DNA of 62,405 nt, counting the filler, from Choristocarpus tenellus KU-1152 (lineage: Eukaryota; Protista; Phaeophyceae), in NCBI GenBank assembly GCA_964200185.2. It is 12 parts of 12 records of this genome, joined end to end, with 100 filler letters (N's around TTAATTAATTAA, not from the genome) between each part and the next. Parts side by side here need not be neighbours in the genome. Positions count along the whole stretch, not along the records: positions 51,897 to 55,815 come from CAXNAD020017146.1; positions 55,916 to 58,948 come from CAXNAD020022799.1; positions 59,049 to 62,405 come from CAXNAD020020566.1; 9 more parts are not named here. The stretch is one strand, 5' to 3'. The notes under the pieces are model-generated. The model did no database searches, had not been told where the DNA came from, and worked only from the letters and a program-made list of their open reading frames with translations. Made by a program: the position numbers and the translations under genes. Shown here piece after piece: positions 52,712 to 62,405 of this stretch. Every line of letters starts with the position of its first letter. Positions within the stretch are counted from its first letter, which is position 1.

Positions 52712-53185
52712 TCACGCTGGGGGGCATGTTATAGGCGAATAACACGGACATTTCTTCTTGTGTTCTAGCAAAGTGCGAGCATTTGTTACACCCGAATAGT
52801 GCGAGCATTTTCTCTCATGTTCTTGGGCGCGCTGTAACAGTACATCCTGACTAGAATTGTAATCTGTAACCTCCAGCAAGAGTTCGTATTTCTCTCTAAT
52901 TTCGCCTAGGACCGTAAGACCGCTTCCCCTATTGGTATACCGAAACGGAAAGGGATCCTCGTCTGTCCGCTGCCTCCCTTGCTTACTCATGTGAGTCTCC
53001 CAGGGGATGCCTACCACTAAATCAGTCGCCAGGATTGCGGATGTAGTAGTTTTTGTTTTAGGTAATATGTTTTTCTCTAGAGAAGGTCGAGCGTTGGTTT
53101 CGCATGTATAGACTGCCATTTGTCTTTGGCTGAATCTTTGTTTGTGGCACGATGATAAGGACGTCTCACTTCGTGAAGTCCCCAT
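52712..53185 (-). CDS. Hypothetical ORF or possible terminal exon (157 aa)
   Basis: Long open frame preceded by CCGACAG|; no homology recognised. Confidence 0.2.
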   Translation of the reverse strand: MGTSRSETSLSSCHKQRFSQRQMAVYTCETNARPSLEKNILPKTKTTTSAILATDLVVGIPWETHMSKQGRQRTDEDPFPFRYTNRGSGLTVLGEIREKYELLLEVTDYNSSQDVLLQRAQEHERKCSHYSGVTNARTLLEHKKKCPCYSPITCPPA

Positions 53186-55915
53186 TACCTGTCGGCGTGA
53201 GTACCAATGTGGTGAGGCAGGGTCCTATCGGTTGTAAGCGGTGTTCATAATAATCACCACTTGTGTCAGAGGACGGTTGAATCACCAAACCCCAAAGGTC
53301 ACACAACAATCAAATCTTAGGATGAAGTAGAGTTGAATCTCAGATTAGGTTGATCGTTCCATATCATTAATATTGTAAAGACATATCTGTGATTGATGTT
53401 GATGTGAACACCACCAATCACATAGAATGTGCGCGCAATATACCTGTGTGTGGGTGCATGGAAATTGATTCGACTGGCATCATCTCCTTACAAGACGACA
53501 TTGTCACAACTACAATATTTTGAAGATTTTCTAAATACCTTTACCAAGAATGTACAAAGGTGGAACAGATATCGGTGAAAACGTATGCAATATATAGTAG
53601 TGGAGAAATATTTTTGGGAACATGTCAAAATGGTAATAAATGGCATATCGGAATGGTTCGAAACAGTCCCAAAACTTAATCCACAATGGTTTGAACATGA
53701 GCTGAAATATTATTTTATGTGGTGGTTGCGTAATATGCATTCCAAATTCTTTGACTCTTTCTTTATTTCATCACCTGTATTCCTTCCTTGTCTTTACACA
53801 TCAACGTTACTCATATCAGCAACTTCTCCATAAAGACAGAGTATATGTCCCTTTTTCAGAGAATTGATCTTGAACCGTTTTGTCCACCCCTCTTAGGTCC
53901 TTCTTTTTACCTGTCAATATTTCATCCCCTACGACTGTGAGTTGCTCCGCCCACATTGTAAATGAAATGCTTAAGACGAGGCGCAGGGGTTTATTGGTCT
54001 TTTATCTGGTGATTTAATTGAACAAAAACGTACGGCTGCAACTGGTGAAGGGTGACCGTGAAGGCGAAATTATTTTTATACGTGTATGTGCATGTTCCAA
54101 TATTCCACAACCACCACAAACTGAACTCCCCCCAGACATTGCAAGGGAAGCTTTTACGAACCCCTTGAGTCATTATTGGGAGGGCTTTCCCCACTCATGA
54201 TGGATAGCATGCGGATGGGGGCTTGGCTCCATCACCGCACTATTCTCTGCCTCCCTCCTCTCCTTTGTCTTTCTCCCCCACAATGCCTAGAATCTCCAAT
54301 TCCACCTGCCAACACATCTTCCATCATTCTCATTCTATGGAATCTGAAGGAGTTTTGGTTATGGGATCCAGAAAGTTAGCCAGGATCTGTTTCCACTTGA
54401 ACTCTATGGGCTGCCTGTTTTCACCCTCAGCAAAACTGGGTAATAGTCCTCCCCCTGTACCAAACCAGTTCATAAAATCAGAGAGCATCGCACCTACACA
54501 CTAGCACACGTCACCCTCTGCCTCCGCCTGTTCAGGGGTGGTGTCATTGAAGACGCTGCAGGCTTGCATTGCTTTCTCCAGCTCCAAACCATACATCCCC
54601 ATCGCAGATAAGGGGGCCATTAGAGACACTGTCACACATGTTATGTGAAGAAAGAAGGAACAGGGTGTGTGTGATATATGTCAATATCTAAACGCAAAAA
54701 AAATGTTGTATGCAGTATTTGTCAACAGGTTTTTTAGCAGGTGACAGGTGACTTCTACACTACTTTGTTCCTTGCGTAGAAGCTCTTCCAATTTCTGTTT
54801 TACTCTGGAGTACATCCATATTCCCACTGCTTGCCTTCCTCTCAACTGTCAACACACGTGGTGGTTGGCCATGAAAGTTCTCTAAAAGAATGGAGGCAGG
54901 TTTGAGATATAGAAATTGATCCAACAGGAAATGAGTGGAATGAGTCGGAATACATCCTGCATTACATGACATGTAATTACCCTTCTCTGTTGAACACCAT
55001 ACCAGCCATACACTCCAAAAATAGATCTATGCAATGGTTTGTCTTTTCATGGTCTTCCTCCGGCAAGTAATCCAACTTTAGTATTGATGACTAGCTGGAT
55101 ATGTTCAAGGCAGATTCTGTGTCTTCGCCACATCCTGCACCTTCCTTGAAATCAGCCTCTACAAATAAAGAGCATAATAACCTGAAGATGGGTTGATGTC
55201 TACTGGTGTGGGTACCCACGCTTACCATCTTCAAAGAACCTGGGCGTATTATGTCTTATTGTGCAGTCCTATATATGCATATTCATGATGCTTTGTGTGG
55301 TTGATTGTGTGTCTGTGTTTGTCCTTCTTCTCTTACAAATATTTGAGGGAAGAATGAACAAAAAACCAATGAATAATTGGTTCCCCAAGATATCAACCTG
55401 CGAGTTAATCAAATAGTATTGATTCAATCGCTTCCATTCATAACACTAGTCACTTCCTTAACTTTGCTCTATGCTTCCCTATTTCTCAATTGAAGTTCAT
55501 CGAGCATTGTGCTCTCCAACATCAAGGCACTTTTAGGGCACACACATGATACCTGAGATTAGATGGGACAAATAGTCAGAGTGTAAGGAATGTTCTAACA
55601 ACCACACTCCCCATGGTAATTTACATACATATCCCTTGTGCTGATGTATTCAGGAGTAAGGGTTAAGGAAATTTGGGTTTGGAGTTGGTGTTAGGGTTCT
55701 ATCTGTCAATCATTATTCTGTGATATTGGCGTCTGGTTACCGTATGATATATGTGGTTTCCACGCATTGTCTTATAGTAGTATTCTTATGTTGAGGACAT
55801 TTTATATACACATATNNNNNNNNNNNNNNNNNNNNNNNNNNNNNNNNNNNNNNNNNNNNTTAATTAATTAANNNNNNNNNNNNNNNNNNNNNNNNNNNNN
55901 NNNNNNNNNNNNNNN

Positions 55916-56008
55916 GGTGGGGTGGGTGGGGGCGGGATCTACACCAGGGTGTTCAGTTGGGGAAAAACCAGGAAAAGAGCATTAAAATCATCCATCCGAC
56001 GTATGCAA
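55916..56008. mobile_element. Diverged MITE family Y fragment at contig edge
   Basis: G-run-TCTACACCAGGGTGTTCAGTTGGG...ACCAGGAAAAGAGCA resembles the left half of the Y copies. Confidence 0.55.
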
Positions 56009-56739
56009 GCAACAATTGTTGTACGATCACCTGCAATAATTAGTCAGGTGATGCAGCTACAGTCCTTCAAATGAACTAGTGTGTTGTTTAAGGGCAACGT
56101 GTTCTATTTTTTAATTTTTTAAAAGGCACCTGCGTTTCATTCCACCGGTGCCTTTTCTAATTGTGAGGGAGGGGGGGTATGTACGGCTTGGCAGCTGCTT
56201 TTTTTGTTAAGCATATTTGACAGGACAAGGAACAGTAATCTCAAAAACGAACTCTGCAGTGAAACTGGCTCTAATGGAGATATTGATACGTATATATATA
56301 TACTCGGAGTGCATACTTTATGTTTTTTTAACTTAAACCATCTAGGACAGAAAAAAAAGTGTTCTGAATCACCCTTTTTGCGGGGGCCAAATGAATGAAT
56401 TGAAACAGAGTTCCCATATTTCATCCTATTCATTTTCATCTTATTAATATGCCTAGGACCAGTGTTAGGGTTCTGTGCACCACCTTGTTCCACCTGCTCG
56501 CCATCTCCCGAACTCAACTCTGACACACAGAGCTCCTTGTGTAGGACTGTGTGTTGGGATGGAATGGAGTATCGCCTTCAGAGTACTATCCCTGAAAGTG
56601 TGTGTGTGTGTGTGTTTGCAAGTAGGGGAGGTGATAGTTCTGTTGGTCCTATCAAGAGCAGCTTCCCGCCCTTGAAATATTTGGCCTAGTTTACAATCAA
56701 TTGTTGGTGTGACAAAAAGGTATTATCCCCCTTTCCCTT

Positions 56740-56998
56740 TGACCGAGTCTACCCTAGATCTTCTCGGAGGGGAGCTCTCTGTCTCCGCCAAGTTTTGTGC
56801 TGGCTCTATTCCCGATTTGTTGTTTTTGAATCCAAAGTAAGATTTGCTCATTTCATTGAACCCCCCCTGTGACCAAGTCTCTCCTAGCTAGCTCTATTCG
56901 GGGGGGAGTTCTCTGTTTCCGCCAAGTTTCATGCTGGCTCTATTTCCAATTCGTCATTTTTGAAATACGAAGATAATATTTGTTCGTTTCATTGAACC
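56740..56998. repeat. Diverged tandem duplication, ~130-bp unit x2
   Basis: TGACCRAGTCT...CTCTGTYTCCGCCAAGTTTYRTGCTGGCTCTATT...TTTCATTGAACC occurs twice. Confidence 0.88.
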
Positions 56999-57381
56999 TA
57001 CCCGAAGTCTGTCTTTCGACCATGGACGATGGCCCCGGTAGACAGACGACTTGCCACCTGTTTGGTGAAACATCTGAGGCGATACAATCATGACATCATC
57101 GGACGGACAAACTGCGATAATGGGATACAATAATGGGAGGCACTTTTTTTTTCTTTTTTTTACAGAAGTACTACAGCATTGTCACTCTTTTCCCATCATC
57201 ATGGTACTACTTGCCGTCTGGTACAAAGTAGCTTGGTTCCTCCCTCACCTTGTCATACTTAGGGTTAGGGGTGTCGCATCCGACGGGAACGACTCTCAAC
57301 TGTGTGCAAGAGCATTTTGCATCAAAGGCTAAGTGCTAATACTCCAGGAACTAAGGGCACCTCCATGCTCCTTGTAACTCT

Positions 57382-57422
<41 letters not shown>

Positions 57423-57508
57423 TTGGATATGTTACAGCGTACTCCCGAACTCACCTCCACAGGATGTACAACACAAATCAACGACCTTAGAACGACGCTA
57501 TAGAGACG

Positions 57509-57773
57509 GAGCCAAAGAACCCTAGAGGGTAGAGCCGCATCCATTTGGGGGGTAAAATCCAATGTTGCAATTTTGATGTAATTTTGGTTATTGTGTTTGT
57601 TAGGAAGTGTTAATATCCTTGTTCCAGACACACCTTTTTCGTAACGTACACATTTTACGTACTCCAAAACATTTTGGAGTAGGAAAATATCATTAAAAAA
57701 AATCATGGGAAGCCAAGCCCCAAACGGACAAACAGGGCAAGACTCGTACCCTAACCCTAACATACTTTCACTT
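57509..57773 (+). mobile_element. MITE family X copy with both TIRs altered toward CCCTAA
   Basis: Internal sequence colinear with the other X copies; TIRs read AAAGAACCCTAGAGGG and TACCCTAACCCTAACATACTTT. Confidence 0.93.
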
Positions 57774-57789
57774 TGGATGTTGCCTTCAA

Positions 57790-58928
57790 AACCGGTTTCT
57801 TGGGGGTCAGACGGCCGTCTCTCGATACTCCACTCAGTACGTAGCTCAAGGCTCGACGCAATGCTTCGTTCAAGAAAAAGACTGACGAAGAGGTAGAGGA
57901 TCATCTCATCCAAAAGCCCTTCTCACACATTCATCATTCGCCCCACCTCTTCAGGCGATAAGTCGAAAGACATCTGAAGAATGGTGACCTCCAGCGTCCT
58001 GTCTCCACTTCCTGAAATCTCACCAATCCAGACCTCCCCCCAAGCATTGAATGTCAACCTCGTATACCCCTTGTGCTCTCGGCCATTCCATGACATACCA
58101 TTCATTCTCAACACCCCCCAGCTCTTGGGCTGAGAGTAGATACGCCCTCTAGTCCTTGGGAAGTGCGAAGGAGATGACAACAAACAAAGCACCACAACTG
58201 TCTCGTCCTCACCCTTCATCAAACAGAGCGTGAGGATAGGAGAGTAAGCACGAGATTGGGGACCAGTGTGACAGGCGCTAGAGCAACATGCGCCCCACTC
58301 ATCATGGCCTACGTTGAAATTTAGACCAAACGTGTCCTATCCCGTGATGGGTAATGTAACCTTCTGGGCATGGGGGTGAAACCATACATGCTTGTCGGGT
58401 CATTTGTCACACTGTTTGATGCCCCCGAATCAAATCACGATCCCTCTAAACCAGACAAGCTCACCTTGCCATGGTTAGCCCGCAGCTGCTAGTGCGACCT
58501 TGAATGTTCTTCCTCCTCTGTTCCTCCTTGCTGGCTCCAGCCCTGGTCTCCTTGTCGCTGCTAGCTAGTTCTCTAACCCTAACCCTAGCTAGTTCTCCCG
58601 TCTACTTCGACGGGGTTGACCTGTCCTGGCGCGACAAATGCACTTCACTTGTGGGGGTGTCCTTTGCTCCCAAAGCTGTAGCGCACTCCCCCGAAAGAGA
58701 AAAGGCCGGCGTACTTGACCAACCCACACCTCGAAAAATTAATCAAGTATCTCGATCTCACCCCCTGGCACGGGATCCTGCTGTACCAGGGTCCGTCCGT
58801 ACGGCGACCAATGGCACTCTGGCCACCTCTGCGGCAGACCTTCCGTGACCTCTTCTGCGAGCTCACAGTCCTTACGGCTAGAGCGCTCCCGGCCTCCCCC
58901 CCCGCCGTTTCTCGATTCGCGTTGCAAT
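57790..58928 (-). mobile_element. Degenerate Copia gag-protease remnant, same family as ~30090-30700
   Basis: FDSGASNSVTNDP protease motif near 58434-58395; clear nucleotide similarity of 58145-58240 to 30183-30282. Confidence 0.8.
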
Positions 58929-59048
58929 GAAAAAAAAAAAAAATCTCTNNNNNNNNNNNNNNNNNNNNNNNNNNNNNNNNNNNNNNNNNNNNTTAATTAA
59001 TTAANNNNNNNNNNNNNNNNNNNNNNNNNNNNNNNNNNNNNNNNNNNN

Positions 59049-60420
59049 AATACTTACAGAGTATATTCTGTTTATTAAAATCATATTACAAGGGTTTTTT
59101 TTAAATCCCCCCCCCCCAATGCACCAAACCACCAATGTTATTTTCAAAAAAGCTGTTAAAAAAGAATAAATTTCTGTTCTATTCTCAAGAAGTGCTGCCT
59201 GTCTGCACAAGACCTTTGGGAGGTTGCAATATCATGTGTGTGTGTGTGTGTGTGTGTGTATGGATGGCAACCTTAAAACACGATCAGAGGATTAAAAAAT
59301 TTGTTGTTAAATTTAGCTTCTACTCCACAAAAGGTCTTTAAAAAATATATATACGAACCACTCTCTATTAATTTTATTTTCTTTTTGCTATGGAAAACCA
59401 ACTTTGGTTTTTTTTCTTTTTTTCAAAACAAGCAGTTGCTAATAAAAAAAAGAGGACTTGAAAAAAATTAAAATACAAGTATATTAAGCTGTGCAATTTG
59501 ATAGGATCCAACAGTCTTTTTTTTATTGTATGTGCAAGAAGAGATAAATATAATCATCCTTAGAACAAAAACAATAAAATGCGTACTTACTCTTCCTCCT
59601 CATAAAAAGAAAAAAAAAAGTATATACTCATCATCCCCAGAAAAAAAATGTAACATATATATATACATACGTATCATCCTAAAAAAAAAAATCATTAGAA
59701 AAAGAAAAAAGGAAAAGAAATGAAAAAAACAATAAATACATAAATATATGTATTTATATATATATATATATATATCCCTGTCCTCTCCCCACCCCCATCA
59801 CACTATTGCCACCAGTAAGGAGGACTATTGCACCAAATAAACACATACTGTGTAATAAATATATATACACACATATAATATTCAACTTCATATTCATGGT
59901 TTGAAGTGTGGATAGGACAATACTATTAGAAGTAGACTGGATTGGCATTATCTACCCTGAAACACTTTAGTCACAAACTTGCTTCCACTCTCAAAAGGGT
60001 ATAATATTTATTATTATTATTATTATTATTATATTCATTGCTGTTATTACTACTAATATTACTGCTATTGCTATTTTTAGTATTACTTGTACTACTGTTA
60101 ATGTCATTCTCATTACTAATACTATTACTATTATCAATACTAGAACTATTATTATTGCTACTTATATTTTCATGATCACTTAAAAATATATATTATTATT
60201 ATTATTATTATTGTTATTCCTTTTATGGGGAGCGACCCAATAAATCGCTGGAAAAAACACAAACCATTACAACAACAAAAAAATCCACATTCCCTTCCCC
60301 TGAAAAAAACTAAGACACAACTTACATTATAAGAAGAATTGCATTATAAAACGAATTGCATTGTAAAAGGAATTGCATTATAAAAAGAATTGCATTATAA
60401 AAAGAATTACATTATTATTA

Positions 60421-60464
<44 letters not shown>

Positions 60465-62405
60465 GTATACCCCATTTCTCACCGCAACTCAGAAGAGAGG
60501 TAGTCGAGGGAAGGTAAGAACGCACTGCAGGGACTGGAAAACCCGGAAAGCGTGGGCCCTCCATGCCATGTCCAAAGATATCCAGTCCACTTTTCTTGTT
60601 TATTTTTATTTATTTATATATATATGTATGTATAGAAAAACACATAAATAAAAAAATTAATGAAATGAAAAAGAAAAAGAAAATACGCGTCAGTTGAATT
60701 ATTTAAATTTTGAAACGGTAAGTGCGGCATTCACCGTAATTGTTCTATTCCGTAGGTGTTTTATATAGCAGGAAAGTTTCAACAGTTCAAAAATAGGAAA
60801 GAAAAAACAAATGGGCGGGGGTAGGGTAGGGTAGGGCAGGGGGGGGGGGCTCAATTAGTAACTTCTTCGCAGCACCTGACTTAGGGTTAGGGTTATAAAT
60901 AGACAAGATCAATAGTAATGAAAAGTAAATAGACAAGATCAATAGTAAGATCAACGTCAAGCATAAATCATAATCAAAACACAAAGGTACTCTTGGACTG
61001 AGAAAGTGTCTAACTATTTATTCCCAGCGTGATCAGTGGATTAATACACCTCATATGGATAACTAATATATATATATAGTGTGTGTGTGTGTGCATGTGT
61101 GTGTTTGTCATTCTCTTGTTGTAGATGAGTAGTACCATCAAAGTGGAGTGTCATTGATTCTCAGAAAGGGCCCCTACAACTCCCCTGCGTGTGTGTGTGT
61201 GTGTGCATGTATGTATTATTATGTGTGTATGTATGTATATATGTGTGTATATGTATGTATGTATGTATGTATGTGTTTATGTATGTATATATGTGTTTAT
61301 GTATGTATTATGTATTATTTTGACCACTACTGCAAAGGGTATTTTTGGCTAGCAATGTGTTACATATCATTGCTCATCTTCTTTTGTACAGTCACACTCT
61401 TCAAAGGGTTTTAGGGTTATAGGGTAAACTGCATTTCAGGCACAGGCATGGTGCATACCTATAGCATAATGTTCAAAAAAGGTATATAAAATATACATAT
61501 ATATGAACTTGATCCCCTCTCTGGTTTCAAAAGAAAAAAAATAAGCAATAAAATAGAAAAAAATATACACACACATAATCAAGACATCAAACACCTTCAA
61601 TATGACAAGGTTTTATTCTTAATATGTTATATTTATAACACATGTGTGTGTTATTCATAATATATGTTTTATTTACAATATATGTGTGTTATTCATAGTA
61701 CATGCTTTTTATATATAATATATCCAGAAGAGGACTTGTTAAATATTATTTATAATATTGGTATCATTATTGTGACGGTGGATGCTTCAAAAAACAAAAA
61801 AATCTTAGGGAGGGGTAAAAGTAGGAACTAACCCTAACCCTAACCCTAACCAAACAACAAACTTAAGGGTTAGGGTTAGGGTTAGGGTGACGAGTCAATA
61901 ATACAGTGATAAAAATATATATATATATATATATCACAAGAAATCTAAGGGGAAAGGAGGGGGGGGGGAGGGGAGGAGGGGAGGGGAAGTGAATATCACC
62001 AAAAGCAGCTTTTTTTATTGGCAAGGTTAAGCAAAAAAAAAAAAAAACCGACATTGCCTCCGGAACCAAATAATCAGAAAATTATTATCCAGATGTAGGG
62101 TATTTTGTATCTAAAAAGGTACAACACTTAAAAGGTACACTATTATACGCAGGTCATGTATACACCAGTGACAAGGGGTACACTCAGGTAGCTAGTGCAT
62201 ACCATCACTGATACCTTTCACACTCAGGTAGTTCACTCACACCATTCCACTGGTGTTGTAAATTAAAATAAATATAAAATTGGGTACACCCCCAAGGGCA
62301 GAGATGGATAAAAGGGAGGGAGTGGAGACCCGCCGCCCTCCACCGCCCCCCCCCGCACACCAGCGCCCCCCGTAAGCCGACTCGCCGCAGTCATATTTGA
62401 AATTT
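59049..62405. repeat. AT-rich low-complexity contig: (TAT)n, (GT)n, (GTAT)n, poly-A and telomere-type tracts
   Basis: Direct inspection; no convincing exon found. Confidence 0.8.
61828..61888. repeat. Inverted pair of telomere-type tracts, (CCCTAA)~4 - 14 nt - (TTAGGG)~4
   Basis: CTAACCCTAACCCTAACCCTAACC-AAACAACAAACTTA-AGGGTTAGGGTTAGGGTTAGGGT. Confidence 0.92.

Noticed and set aside
53400-55200. Scattered exon-like blocks in contig 51897-55815 (e.g. minus-strand SLMAPLSAMGMYGLELEKAMQ near 54628-54515)
   Set aside because: Could not be chained into a consistent frame, and neighbouring blocks contain stops.
57329-57913. 194-aa ORF
   Set aside because: It is a chance read-through of Copia-flank, MITE X and (GA)n sequence; the similar peptides at 12316-12504 are also MITE-derived.
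7346-59048. Recurrent TTAATTAATTAA motif between N runs, and any gene-cluster reading of gatA, TTC38, TRMT2A, NCAPG2 and EML
   Set aside because: The motif is an artificial six-frame-stop linker. The genes lie on separate contigs, so their neighbourhood has no biological meaning.
61828-61888. True chromosome end or telomere-fusion site
   Set aside because: The tracts are short and internal, and the orientation is opposite to a fusion signature.

Overview
This is eukaryotic, intron-rich genomic DNA, not one continuous locus. It is 12 separate contigs joined by 11 identical artificial 100-nt linkers (N44-TTAATTAATTAA-N44), so adjacency across linkers has no biological meaning. Spliced genes reconstructed by hand, all partial: gatA/QRSL1 (with a GC-AG intron), a TTC38-like TPR protein, a TRM2/TRMT2A-type tRNA m5U methyltransferase (12 exons), the 5' part of condensin-II subunit CAP-G2, an EML5/6-like HELP+WD40 protein and an unknown coiled-coil protein. 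Mobile DNA: three degenerate Copia remnants, a PIF/Harbinger-like transposase remnant, and two related MITE families; the main one has GAG..CTC termini and 4-bp TSDs (Sola2-like). Several intronic minisatellites are present. The most striking signal is about 20 short interstitial (CCCTAA/TTAGGG)2-4 tracts. Where the ancestral state can be read from paralogous copies in the window, these tracts were written into pre-existing sequence: both TIRs of one MITE copy were converted, and one insertion is flanked by a 13-bp duplication. Several tracts sit at intron 3' ends, where their CTAAC core matches the branch-point consensus. A Copia 3' LTR that is almost entirely a 73-bp-arm palindrome is a second unusual feature. 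Gene style and TTAGGG repeats are compatible with a stramenopile alga (e.g. brown-algal lineage), but this is inference only. All family assignments come from recalled motifs, not database searches.
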